Below are positions 1-13,366 of a DNA stretch of 64,000 nt, piece by piece; position 1 is the first letter of the stretch; each line of letters starts with the position of its first letter. Source of the stretch: Octopus sinensis (Eukaryota); assembly GCF_006345805.1 (NCBI RefSeq), contig NC_043001.1, forward strand, positions 108,128,001 through 108,192,000. The letters run 5' to 3'. Under the pieces are notes generated by a model. The model was not told the origin of the DNA. It saw only the letters and a program-made list of their open reading frames with translations, and made no database searches. The position numbers were made by a program, and so were the translations under genes.

Positions 1-137
1 TATTGGCTTTGGGTTCTGAGTTCAAATACGTCTTCCTTTCGAGGTTCATAAAAAAAAAGTACCAATCAAGTATTGGGGCCGATTTGATCAATTAGACCCC
101 CAAATTTCAGGCCTTGGGCTTGTGGCAGAAAGGCTTA

Positions 138-177
<40 letters not shown>

Positions 178-184
178 GATTATG

Positions 185-214
<30 letters not shown>

Positions 215-216
<2 letters not shown>

Positions 217-495
217 GTAGTCTTAGTTTTATCACGTGCTTTCACTTCACTACCGAGCGCATCTCCGTGTGCCTTGGGTATGTGCTGTGGTTTGCTGTGA
301 TGCTCTTATGGTTACTGTATTGAAAGTGTTTTACATAGGATGTTTGCAGTGCTTAGTAGTGCTCTTTTCTGTATGTTATAAATATATTTGTCAATCCTGG
401 TATTTTTGTCATGTATTTGTCCGAATATTTTTTATCATACCTAATGGGCCCACTATGATAGGAATTGTTTATGTTTTTAGACTCCACATTCGAGT
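215..495 (-). mobile_element. R4/Dong-like REL LINE, 3' fragment
   Basis: Minus strand gives degenerate RMWSLKT..IPIIVGPLGMIK...IQKRALLSTANILCKTLSIQ* (REL C-terminus); (TAA)n on both sides. Confidence 0.7.
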
Positions 496-1712
496 ATTAT
501 TATTATTGAGTGAGAGAGCAGTGCATGCTATCAAAGTGACACTGGGGTAAAATATACGAAGCCCAGTATAACCATCATGACTACCCGTCTGATGAGGGTA
601 CACTAGGCACATGCATTACAACCAGATGTCCGCGACATAATGATCTCATCTCAAGATAAACAGCATATGACCTTGCAGGTGGGGCCCAGTTAGAATTTAT
701 TTTCTTCTGGTCGAGTAACCCATCCCGCTCAAAAAGTCACTGAATAAGGGTTGTTTAAGGATGTTGAAAGAAACATCCATGTTTCCAAAGGTGAATTATT
801 TTAATCAATGGCAATGCCGTTCGTTCAAAGCTAGGTGTATCATTATGTATGTTAGATTAGCTGATAAAACTATCATATATACAAACAAGACAAAGAGATT
901 TGAATATATCATATTTGTTTGTTGTTAGCTCATCTGATAAACAAATAAATAAAGTACATAGATTTGAATATAAGAGAAGTGTTTATGTCAGTTGGAGAAG
1001 GGCTTAAATACTTGTATTGTTAAATAGATTGACAATGTTTTAGAATACCAGATTAAATTTGGAAATTTTAAGAATGTTGACTATATCTTATCCTTTATCG
1101 ATAAATTCTAGATAAAAACCGTAATATTTATTTTTTTTAAATAATAAAACAGATTAGTCTTACCTTTGCAGAACACAAAGTTCTTTGAGTGGTTTGAATC
1201 AGCCAAATATATTTCGGTATAATAATTATGTGAGTTAAACGATAACACAGACGGACGGACGCGTTGATGTTGATTTTATGAAGACAAATTATCGTTAAGT
1301 TCTAGAAGTCACACCGAAAAATTAAACAGTGCCATTGTTTATGCATGGTTGGGAGATTCTAAGATTGGTGCATTGAAACTGAAGAAAATTTATATTTCCG
1401 TCACAAAGGAGTGGAACGAATTGTCCTTATTTTATTTCATTATTTTCTTTGTTTTCATTGACCAGTCTTACGTACGTTGGTCAAGAACAAAATCGGGAAA
1501 GAATACAGGTTATATGATATGGAAGGGAGAAAGCAAAGACATTTCCTTTCTTTTCGATTCGTAACAATGAAAACCGATAGCCAACAAAGAGCATCCATCT
1601 TGAATTTAATATTTCGTTTTCTATGCATCCGAATATTTTATCCCACATACAGAATATTGTATATCTCCTATCTTTGTGAGTCTTCTAGAATTATATTTTG
1701 TGTGTCAAATAA

Positions 1713-1713
<1 letters not shown>

Positions 1714-1803
<90 letters not shown>
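1714..1803. repeat. (CT)n microsatellite
   Basis: Pure dinucleotide run. Confidence 0.95.
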
Positions 1804-1807
<4 letters not shown>

Positions 1808-2529
1808 CAATAATATAACTCCATTACCTTCTCTGTATCTATCACTCATACAATATTACAAGATGAAGTGGGTTTGGTCAATGATTTGGGAACCGCCCAT
1901 TCTACCAAATGCAAATGCTTACATAAACATGTAGAAAACAAACCAACGAGAAAGACATACAGAAAGTAATATGTAGTGTAAATCAGTACATGGGAACTTG
2001 CGTAGAGGGCTTTAAGTGTGTATGTGTGTATATATATATATATGTACATACACGTATACATATATAGGTACATATATGTGTGTGGGCGGTTGTTGTGTGT
2101 ACCAAAGGTCCTTCCCGAGCCATAGGTTCATGAAGCAATTTTCCCGTCTGTGGCGTGTATATTCACCTATGAGTAGTAATTTCGAAGTTTCGCTGCCGAC
2201 CAAACTCCGAGGTTACAATCAACTTGTTTCTTTCGAAAAATATGTATGCATGTATTTATACTCACACGTTCATACGCTCACGCAACCAAAATAAGAAAAC
2301 ACATATTAACACCATATATTTCAATGGTATATTGTTCGCTGTTTACATATGAATATGGCCGGGCAACTAGCGGACAGAAACCTCTTTAGGCGTTTCTCAC
2401 TCATACACATATACACAAACGTTAAACGATAACAGAGGAGGGTCTCAGCACTTCAGCAAATAAACATTTAAGCTTTCCCTTCTGATCACTATTTCCTCGT
2501 GTTTATAAACTTAAAGGAATAAACATGCA

Positions 2530-2548
2530 TCCATATATATATATATAT

Positions 2549-2596
<48 letters not shown>

Positions 2597-2617
2597 TATA
2601 TATATATCTATATATAT

Positions 2618-2670
<53 letters not shown>

Positions 2671-2740
2671 ATATATATATATATAATATATATATATAAT
2701 ATATATATATTATATATATATATATACATATATATATATA
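2530..2740. repeat. (TA)n microsatellite
   Basis: Imperfect long TA run. Others lie at about 9280-9470 (with (TAGA)n), 12360-12428, 20265-20424 and 22331-22530. Confidence 0.95.
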
Positions 2741-3033
2741 CGTTCATTTATTTATACGAGTTGTGTTCGCAATTGTAAATAAAGTCAAAGTCAGATAAAT
2801 AGATATCTATACAAGTGATACAAGTACCATCCTGGTTTACAAAGCAAGTGCATTAGTTATTCTATTCATAATGTACAGGATTTAATAAACAATTTAATTC
2901 TAAATGGAAACCCGGGAACAAACTTTCTCGTCTAAAAGTCACCATGTTCTTTTGCAAGAAAGAAAATGAATTTTTATAAAACGACAAGCAAGAAAATTAA
3001 AAAAATTTTTTTAGCTATAGATCAATATATATA

Positions 3034-3065
<32 letters not shown>

Positions 3066-5119
3066 TCAGACATATGCACAGCCCTGAAGTTTGGAGACGG
3101 GTTTTAGTCGATAAAATCGACTAAGGACTTCACTGGTCCTTCATTTTATCGAACCCGGAAGAATGAAAGACAAAGCTGACCTCATATATATTCATTCGAT
3201 CATTGATGATCGAATGAATTCGAGATGAATTTCGACTGGTAACTAAACCAGTTATTCGATCATAGGAACGAACAAACGAGCTCATTGGTTCTCCAACTTC
3301 CAGATGCCAGGCCCCCACCAAAATATAAACAAAAATTCTTTTGAACCCTTCCTTCTCGTTATTAGTAGAAGACGAAATTAAATTTGCATCTATACAATTT
3401 TCCTTTCTTTAAAGAGTCTGATACCATCTTAATGTTATCAAGTATAGCAATTTGTTCATCTTTTGTCGATCCCCTCTGCTCACACCCAAGAGTGGGGCTT
3501 AGACTTTGCTATCAGAAACATTGAACTAACCATCATTGACAGAGCTTCTGTTTGGTCACAAGACTTGCTTGAAAAACAACTAAAATTCCTTGAAATTATT
3601 ATTTTCTGCTTTTAATAACATATCACATTAGATAATATGCTATGTATTCAGACATATGCACAGCCCTGAAGCTTGGAGACGAGTTTTAGTCGAAAAAAAT
3701 TGTCTAAGGACTTGATTGGTTCTTCCTTTTATCGAACCCAGAAGAATGAAAGGCAAAGCTGACCTCGATGACGTTTGAACTCAGAATCTAAAGATCTCGA
3801 TGGAATTTGAACTCAGAACGTAAAGAGCTGGAAAGATGTTGCAGGGTATTGTTTTCGGACGCTCAAGTGATTCTGCTAATCCACCGCCCTTATGAGATTG
3901 CCACACGGGGTCGCTTCTGATTTTACTAGACAAAATGCCTAGCACCATTTCTTCTAACTTTATGTTGAGTTCAAATTCTGCCGAGGAAATAAATAGGGGC
4001 TGATAATGACCCCTTTGGTCATAAGTCTGCTCTATCTGTTGATTTGAAACTAGACAACAGCTATGATTATAACAACCATACAGTAATTCACTGTAGTTAT
4101 AATTCCTAATGCTGTTAGTGCTTGCCAAATTTGTTTAATGACAATTCTACGTCGTAATGTTTTTGCCTTCATTTTGTGATAGACCGCTACAACGCAGAAG
4201 ATACCAGCTTCCGTTTCTTGCTTTCTGCTTGAGTAAAAATTATCAAACTTTAAACCTCTGTAACATTTTTCTTGAACAAATTGAATAAGAAAATTAAATT
4301 CAGCGTAAAACATTACTTCAATATACCATATTTTCCCACTGATTTGCTGTGGTGTTTCTGTTTCTCCCAAGGCCGTTAGATATATGAGTAAACTTAATTA
4401 GCACAAACTGTGAATCGCAACCAAAACTTTGTTATACTAAAACCATAATCAGAGTAATTATATTATTATGAAGACTATTCGTTACATAAGCACGCAGTAG
4501 TCCAGGGTGGGGTTAACGATGATGTAGTGAGAAATTCTGTTCATCATTCTTAATGACTTAATAGATATAATCCAAATACTGGTCGTTAAAGAGCTGTGGA
4601 AAAACCACCTGCGTGGGATGTTCTTACGGCTGGTTAAGTTTTTGAGTTCAAATCCCACCCATTTTATCTGGGGGTATAAAAATAAAGTCCCAAAACCATC
4701 CTGTAGTTGATCTAATCGACCATTCCTCTCTTCTCAAATATTGGTATCAAATTTTGGCACAAGGCCAGCAGTTGTGAAGAAGGTATGTAAGCCGATTAGA
4801 TCGACCCCAGTATTCGACTGGTACTTATTTTATTGACCCCGAAAGAATAAAAGGCAAAGTGGACCTCGGTGGAATTCGTAATTTTACCGTGCAGACGCAC
4901 GAATCGCCGCTAAGCATTTTGTCCAGCGTGCTAAAGCCATAATCAGAGTAATTATATTATTTTAAAAACTATTCGTTACATAAGCATGCAAATAGTCCAG
5001 GGTGGGGTTAAGGTTTGCTGCTCGCCGCCTTAAAAGGGAAAATCATAAAGGAAATCATTAGGCCAGGCTAACAATTTCTCCTCTCAAATATTGCTGGCCT
5101 CTTTATAATAATTGTATGC

Positions 5120-5720
5120 TTTTCTACTCCAGGCACAAGGCCCGAAATTTTGAGGGAGGACGCCAGTCGATTAGATGGACCCCAGTACGCAACTGATACC
5201 TAATTTATCGACCCCGAAAAGATGAAAGACATAGTCGACCTCGGCAGAATTTGAACTCACAACATAAAGTCAGACGAAATACCGCTAAGCATTTTGCCCC
5301 GTGTGCTAACGTTTCTTATTTCTTTATTGCCCATAAGGGGCTAAACATAGAGGGGACAAACAAGAACAGACAAACGGATTAAGCCGATTATATCGACCCC
5401 AGTGCGTAACTGGTACTTATTTAATCGACCCCGAAAGGATGAAAGGCAAAGTTGACCTCGGCGGAATTTGAACTCAGAACGTAACGGCAGACGAAATACT
5501 GCTAAGCATTTCGTCCGGCGTGCTAACGTTTCTGCCAGCTCGCCGCCTTAAAGTAAAAAAATACATTCTTCTCTATTCTAGGCACAAGGCCCGAAATTTT
5601 GTGAGAGGGAGCCAGTCGATTAGATCGACCCCAGTACACAACTGGCGGAATTTGAACTCAGAATGTAAAGACAGACGAAATTTCGCACGGCATGCTAACG
5701 ATTCTGCCAGCTCCCCGCCT
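5120..5720 (-). mobile_element. Cluster of SINE family B copies
   Basis: Three reverse-complement copies or fragments in tandem. Confidence 0.8.
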
Positions 5721-6411
5721 TTATAATAATTTTATAATAATTGTATGAGCAAATAAATAGACATTTTCAAGCGTGATACAATGTTGTGATAATCGACCTT
5801 AATTAGATAACCGATTTAATTATAACACTAAGGATCACAGTGGCAGACTCGTTAGAGGCGTCGGAGAAAAAAAGTACCGAAAGACATTTCCTCTGGAGTT
5901 TTACGTTCTGAGTTGAACTCAAACCTCACTGAGTTCAACTTTGCTTTACATCCCCCACCTTTTTAGTGCGGTGAGGGCATAAAATAAAGTACAACTCAAG
6001 TACAAAATTAAGCTCCAGGCATGTAAATAATTTAGTAATCGATGTTTCCTTTCCGCTCACAAATTACTGGATTCGGGCTTCTATTGGAAATGATTGCCAT
6101 AATAATTGTTTGTTATATTGAATAAACAAGCAAGCTGTCAGGCGGAAGTTAATGATGACGTAGTTAGGAGTTTTAATTATTATCCCTAATTACTTAATAG
6201 CCATGATTAATTTTGGTGACAAATTTTGGCGCATGACCGGTAAGTTTTGGGGAGGAGGTAAGTCGATTGCATTGACCCCGAAAGGATGAAAGGCAAACTC
6301 AACCACGGCGGCATTTGAACTCAGAAGGTAAAGTCGGAAAAAATGCTGCTAGTCGTGTTGTCCGGCATGCTAACGATTCTGCCAGCTATGTTTAATACTA
6401 AGAATTGTATA

Positions 6412-6580
6412 AGTGGCTGTGTGGTAAGTAGCTTTCTTACCAGCCACATGGTTCTGGGTTCAGTCCCACTGCGTAGCACCTTGGGCAAGTGTCTTCTGCT
6501 ATAGCCTCGGGCTGACCAAAACCTTGTGAGTGGATTTGGTAGACGGAAACTGAAAGAAGCCCGTCGTATATATGTATATG

Positions 6581-6615
<35 letters not shown>

Positions 6616-6820
6616 TTTGTGCCTGTGTTTGTCCCCACCGCCAACATCACTTGACAACCGATGCTGGTGTGTTTACGTCCCCGTAATTTAGCAGTTCGGC
6701 AAAAGAGACCGATAGAATAAGTACAAGGCTTACAAAGAATAAGTCTTGGGATCGATTTGCTCGACTAAATGCGGTACTCCAGCATGGCCGCAGTCAAAAT
6801 GACTGAAACAAGTAAAGAGA
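6412..6820 (+). mobile_element. tRNA-derived SINE family A (internal TA/TG microsatellite, AAAAGAGT tail)
   Basis: GGCTGTGTGGTAAG...GGGTTCAGTCCC head (A/B-box-like); many similar copies in the window. Confidence 0.85.
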
Positions 6821-8021
6821 GAAATTGTAGGGAAGCGAACTGGCAGAATTGTTATCGTTGCGGACAAAATACTGAGTAACATTTCGGCCGTTTTAACGTT
6901 CTGAGTTCAAATCCACCGATGTTGTCTTTGCTTTTTTTTTTTCATTTCGGTGTCTATAAAATAAGTACAGTTGAACACTGGGGTCGATGCAATCAGCTTG
7001 CCTCCAACTCCGAATTTGCTGGCCTTGTGTCAAAATTTGAAACCAATATTAAGAATTGCCGGAATCGTTAAGGCACCTAACTAAATCTCCTGCAGTATTA
7101 AATTATTGTTCTTTATGTTCTGAGTTCAAACTTCTCCGAAGCCGACTTTACCTTTCAGGGGCCAAACATTGGCCTTACAAATTTCTGACCTTGTGCTTAT
7201 TATGAAAGTGGGAGTCACAAGACTTGAGTTTTCGTATTCAAACTTCTCCGAAGCCGACTTTTCCTTTCAGCCCTTCGGGACCATTAAATAGGGGCCAAAC
7301 ATTGGCCTTACAAATTTTTGACCTTGTGCTTATTATGAAACTGGGAATCACAAGACTTTGAGTTTTTGTACCTTTTTTCAGAAATATCGCGAATTGAACT
7401 CTCAAGGTTTTCCAACCTTTCAACGTTTATGCTAATCTCACGAACGACATTCTCAAATCTTTTGTTTATAAGATGAATGATTTCAATGAAAAATATTCGA
7501 TATGAACACGAAATTATAATTATAATACTTTTACAAAACCACACAATCGAACGAGGAAAGTAAGTATTTATTTTATTGAATCTCCGAAGACTTTGGTTCG
7601 GCAGCATAAAAGATGATGTAACTGAAGACCACACGAGTTGACTTCACTTTTCATTTCTTTAAAATCAATTGTGCTTTACTAGACCCTATTCAACAGACTG
7701 TCTCTTTTCCCCATAATCTATAGTCTCTTGGTAACTTGAGATATCACCTTCATTATCATCGTCGTCGTCATCATTCTCACCATCACCACCATCATCATCA
7801 TGCTTTCAACAGTTTCACGTGAGCTTCTACACTAGCACCAGCTGGCGCACGTCCATGTTCGTAGATCAGCATTGTCATTTGAGGTTTTAGAAAGAATTGC
7901 GTTTGTATGCAATATCGTTTTCTTTTCTCCATTCTCGTGTTACTTTAGTTTTCCTTGTTGCTTTAGAATTTAGTCTGTAGGTTTTGTAGGACATGTTTCC
8001 TATATCAGTTATTCTTTTCAT

Positions 8022-8683
8022 ACTGTTCCCAACGGGATCCACAGAAGCTTTAAGGGGGTCCACGAGTAAAAAAATTGTGATTTATGGGTCCATATATACA
8101 TTTTGTTTACTAGGCGCAGGAGTGGCTGTGTGGTAAGTAGCTTGCTTACCAGCCACATGGTTCCGGGTTCAGTCTCACTGCGTGGCACCAAGTGTCTTCT
8201 ATTATAGCCTCGGGCCGACCAAAGCCCTGTGAGTTGATTTGGTAGACGGAAACTGAAAAGAAGCCCGTCTTATATATGTATATTTATATATGTATACGTG
8301 TGTTTGTGCCCCCAACATCGCTTGACAACCGATACTGGTGTGTTTACGCCCCTGTAACTTAGAATAAATACCAGTCTTACAAAGAATAAGTCCTGGGGTC
8401 GATTTGCTCGATTAAAGGCGGTGCTCCAGCATGGCCACAGTCAAAATGACTGAAACAAGTAAAAGAGTAAAAGAGTAGGAGAGGTGCCTGTATTTACTGA
8501 AATTTGCAAGATTTGCATTTGGAATTTATGTTATGAATATAACGAAATTGTTTCATTGTTAGTTTTTACTAACCTATAAACAAATATTTTATTTCAAAAT
8601 TTTCACATGTGCATATATGGGGTCCGCAGATGATAAGATAGCTCTCAAGAGGGCCACAAGCAAAATAAGGTTGAGAACCCCTG
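8022..8683. mobile_element. hAT-type MITE containing a nested SINE
   Basis: CTGTTCCCAAC...GGTTGAGAACCCCTG termini; SINE at 8113-8476 inside. Confidence 0.55.
8113..8476 (+). mobile_element. SINE family A
   Basis: Full-length copy, GGCGCAGGAGTGGCTG to AAAAGAGTAAAAGAGT. Confidence 0.85.
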
Positions 8684-9270
8684 CTTTAGAATTTCGCGTG
8701 TAATTTTGTAGGACATGTTTCCTATGTCAGTTATTCTTTTTATACTGTGTTTCCTGTGAGTTGTGTGTGTTTTAATACCGAATGGCAATTGCATAAATCG
8801 TATGATCTCTGCAATATACATTATTCTATTGTGTAGTGAGGTTGCAAAGTATGTGGTTCAAGTTCAGTTATTTTCTTGACGTTTGGTTGTGTACAGTATG
8901 AATTGAAAATATCTTAAACGGGCTTTGGGTTCTGGTAGCAGGATGGTTTTTGGAACATGTGTAGAATGAGGAGCGGTGTCCACCATTCTAATAGAAATGC
9001 AAATTGTTTGTATATTAGCAGAATTATTTACTATTTATTCATCATGAGATGTTTGATGTTCCTGCATATTATTGGTTTTACTTTACTTGTGGCTCACGTT
9101 TCGAGGATCCATGCCTGAGTAACACTATCAGAAGTTTACAACGTGCTCAGAATCTCATTTTTCTTTACTTAATTTTCCGTTATAGCTTCGTTGATCGTTA
9201 ATTAACGTTTACTCGCAAATGAGCCATTAAATCACCCTTCTATATTTCTACAAAGTTGTTTTTCTTTATT

Positions 9271-9326
<56 letters not shown>

Positions 9327-9332
9327 TAGATA

Positions 9333-9390
<58 letters not shown>

Positions 9391-9430
9391 TGATAATATA
9401 TATAATATATATATATATATTATAATATAG

Positions 9431-9468
<38 letters not shown>

Positions 9469-9644
9469 TCCACTGCGATATTATCGCAGTTAAGGCTTTG
9501 TTGGGTGTAGGTATGCAGGTTACGGGTAGATTTTAGCGTCTGCTCTTTCTCAAGTCTTGGTAATTAAGATGGTTTTCCTTAACGCGTCCTTCAAATGTTT
9601 CTTCCGAATCTTCCATGGGTTATTTAATATCTTTGCCAGCACAA

Positions 9645-9866
9645 GGCAGCGAGGTGGCAGAAACGTTAGCACGCCGGGCGAAATGCGTAACCGTATTTCG
9701 TCTGCCGTTACGTTCTGAGTTCAAATTCCGCCGAGGTCGACTTTGCCTTTCATCCTTTCGGGGTCGATAAAATAAGTACCATTTACGCACTGGGGTCGAT
9801 CTAATCGACTTAATCCGTTTGTCTGTCCTTGTTTGTCCTCTCTGTGGATAGTAAAGAAATAGGTAT
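9645..9866 (+). mobile_element. tRNA-derived SINE family B
   Basis: GGCAGCGAGGTGGCAGAAACGTTAGC...GAGTTCAAATTCC (B-box-like)...CCTTTCATCCTTTCGGGGTCGATAAA; ends AAAGAAATAG. Confidence 0.85.
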
Positions 9867-10341
9867 CTGGCTGCCGATTGATCCATAACTCAGCCACTCA
9901 CGTGTAAAAGCTGTTGCTATGCCATGAATTTCACTTTGAAATTTGATGACTCGGTTTCAAGTCTTGCTACAAGTTTATTGTTATACAAGTATTTAGAATT
10001 TCAAATCACTTTTGCTTGTATCGATCTGGTTCAGATTTTGTTGATCAAAATTCTGTAAGCGTTCTAGTTTGATTTTATTATGGATGTTATTTACTGTTAT
10101 TAATTTTTTCATGTATTTTGTTATTTGCTTTGCTTGTTTTGAATGTGTCAAGTCTTACATAGCTTACATTCTTAATATTTATATCTCTGCTCTTTCTTGA
10201 ATGTTCTTGTTTGTATTTTTACTGTGTTCTTCGTGTGTTTTTTTCTATGTTTTTGTTATGTATTCTGCCCTTTTACTAATCTATATCGGAAAATTACTAT
10301 TTGTGAATCTCACAATGAGAGATATTCAACAACAGTACTTT

Positions 10342-10597
10342 GGGGTAAAGATTATTTGCCAAAATAACCTGGCAGTCCTGGTTTAGGACGAATGTTGCTG
10401 TAATTTAGCCCCAGGAGTCATCGTCTCCAGCTGGCTATACGACACAATTTGTGTCCTTATATTCCCTTGTTCGAAAATATAAGGACACAGATCGTGTCGT
10501 ACAGCCAGCTGGAGACGATATCTCCGGGTGCTAAATTACAGCAACATTCGTCCTAAACCAGGACTGCTAGGTTATGTTGGCAAATAATCTTTACCCC
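10342..10597. mobile_element. Fully palindromic MITE-like element
   Basis: Two 122-bp arms (10342-10463 and 10476-10597) around a 12-nt loop; GGGG...CCCC ends. Confidence 0.75.
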
Positions 10598-10822
10598 TAA
10601 TTTATATCGGTACCTTTTTTTTTTTAATGTGTACCTTTTTAAATTAAAAACTCTGCAAGAATCTAAAACTATTGTTTAGAGTTTCTTTTCAAAATCGTCT
10701 AGTGTGAAGAACGAATTAGCGTCTGTTTATTTGGCAGAAAAAAATGACCACCAAGAAAAACAACAATATCCGTTTCTACACACGATTTAACATCAGGAAT
10801 CTTACAACACAAATTCATAAGC

Positions 10823-10856
<34 letters not shown>

Positions 10857-12357
10857 TAAGTAATTAAGGGTTTAGCAACGATTTGCCTCACCACACACCG
10901 AATTTAGAAATAGCAGTCAAAGAGTTATGGCTATTCTTTCTACTTAAAAGGGAGATCCCAGTAAAACCACATCACTTAAAAGGCAAACAACGCAGGCAAA
11001 AGAGAAAGAAATGACGACAATCATTCTATATTAAGTCACCTACGGATGTACGTTTCGAAATTAAGTCATAGGAAAGCATAAAAATTAAATAATTATGTCT
11101 TACCCAACTATTTTTCTCTTCAGCGTAGGACTCTTCAATTATAAATAATTGCGTCTCAATTATTAATAATTGTGTATTAAATTTGGAGGCACTAGAAGAC
11201 ATCACCTCAACTCATGGTATCAGGGCGAGCGTAAGCCATTACCAGTACCACCAAATTCAAAGGGTGAATGAAAGTATGTCACCATCCTCTTCCCACCAGC
11301 GTGCTGCCAGAATAAGATGTTACGGTTATTTACTGGGATGAAATATAATTATCAATAATAATATAGGGTGAAATTAATTAATTTGGAATAATCATTAATT
11401 TCACCAAGTAGATTTCGGCATGTAAAAGCCCCATTCAAGGAAGGTTTAAGTAATACTAAGTAATTAAGGGTTTAGCAACGATTTGCCTCACCACACACCG
11501 AATTTAGAAATAGCAGTCAAAGAGTTATGGCTATTCTTTCTACTTAAAAGGGAGATCCCAGTTGTTTGCCTTTAAGTGCTGTGGTTTTCCTGGGATCTCC
11601 CTTTTAAGTAGAAAGAATAGCCATAACTCTCGCAATTTCGGCTGATTAATCTTGAGATTGCTCCGATCTAGCCAGCCCCAAGTAAAAACTAAGTTACAGG
11701 CATTAGATTTCTTGGAAAAAGAATCGAATATATACAAAACAAGGACAGAAAAACGGACGATGTTACACGAATATAAATACAACAAACAAAAAATAATACG
11801 AATATAAATACAAAAACAATAAGAGAAAGAGACTTACACACATAAATATCTATTTTATAAATAACATTAATCATTCTGTAATTATTAATATCAGTTATAT
11901 TTAGGTCTAACCATTAATAATTTACTAAATTTGAAACTGTGTTAATTAGATCCTTATTAGAACCAGGATTTATATTTATAATTTTATACATTATATAAAT
12001 ATATAATAACTTGCCTAAATACACTTATGTATAACCTATATTTCAAACATATGCATAATAATTTTTATATATTGTTTTTTATTCCAATGAATCATCCAAT
12101 CTTATTTATTTCCTAATACATATAAATAACATTCCCTTAACAATAAATTTATGTTACGTCTGTCTTACTTTTCCACAGTAAAGTAAATTATAGTACAATT
12201 CATATTCGTTTGGTTATTTTTGAATTTAAATATCATACTCAATGTTTCTACTAAATAGTTGTAATGTATTTTAGTAACGTAACGACCACAATACATAAGT
12301 ATAGATAATCTACTTGTCTTCATATTACATAATACGTTCTTCTTTCTCTCTTGTTTT

Positions 12358-12428
<71 letters not shown>

Positions 12429-12431
12429 TTA

Positions 12432-12747
12432 CTAGCAGTATCGCCCGGCGTTGCTCGGGTTTGTTTCGACACTTTAGAATTGAAATTTTTGAAAAGTAAA
12501 AATTTTGCATTATGTAGCTTGTTATTCTCTTTAAGTGAACATTTTTCTGGTTGAAATACACCGAAAAATGGCGACACAGCAGTCAAAAATTCGTAAAAAA
12601 TAGGAATTTTCATAGAAAAAAAACACCTTTTTGATGTAAATAATTTTTGGTGTTAACATGGTCCGATTTGAATTTTTTCCTCTACGGAAAGAAGAACAAA
12701 CCTTCTATCATACTTTCAATTTCTGTCAACTTGCGCCGCAATATAGA
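12432..12747 (-). mobile_element. Non-autonomous Helitron, same family as 60627-60996
   Basis: Closely similar body (the ORF track gives the same spurious MKIPIFY... peptide); A|TC and CTAG|T ends on the minus strand. Confidence 0.8.
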
Positions 12748-13366
12748 TATATATACACATGATGGGTTTCTTTCAGTTTCCGTGTACCACTCCCAAGGCT
12801 TTGGTCGGTCCGAGGCTATAATAGAAGACACAACACTTGCCCAAAGTACGACGCAGTGGGATTAAACCCTGAACTACGTGGCTGGGAAGCAAGCTTCTTA
12901 CCACAGAGCCACGCCTGAACTTAGGGAAGGGGCAAATCGATTACAATGACCCGAGTAGTCATCTGGTACTTATTTTATTGACAGCAAAATGATGAAAGGC
13001 ACAGTCGACCCCGACAGCATTTTGAACTCAGAACGTAAAGATGGGCGAAATGTCACCTTGTATACAATAAGGGACTTCTTATTTGGGTCCCAGAAATGCG
13101 AGAGCACGGGGCAATACCTTACAATATACTGCACCCTTTAATGAGTAAACAGACTATTCTTGAAGTTGGTTAATCTGCATACGGTGTGTTTAAAACAGTT
13201 TTGTTCTTTGATATTTTTTAAGTGGATTAATAAAGATTAAACATAGTCAGCTTTAGAATTGTGTTAATTTATACCTGTATCGGTTAAATAACATCATGCT
13301 CTTTACGTTGCTTAGCTTAATTTTCATCCTATAAACATTATATTGTGTGGGGGGGGGTACAATATA

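Noticed and set aside
589-596. CTGATGAG as a hammerhead ribozyme core
   Set aside because: There is no stem II followed by GAAA; it lies in an unrelated dispersed repeat.
1846-2747. ORF-track peptides rich in YI/HT/CV/SL (also 12314-12561, 14317-14685, 20211-20484, 41495-41986, 55702-56145)
   Set aside because: They are translations of TA, CA, CT and CATA microsatellites.
7308-7634. Coiled-coil-like minus-strand ORF (RFENVVREISINVERLENLESSIRD)
   Set aside because: It has no convincing acceptor or partner exons, and it overlaps a SINE duplication.
12320-12613. Shared MKIPIFY... ORF at two loci (also 60815-61036) as a duplicated gene
   Set aside because: Both are the same non-autonomous Helitron family read in one frame.
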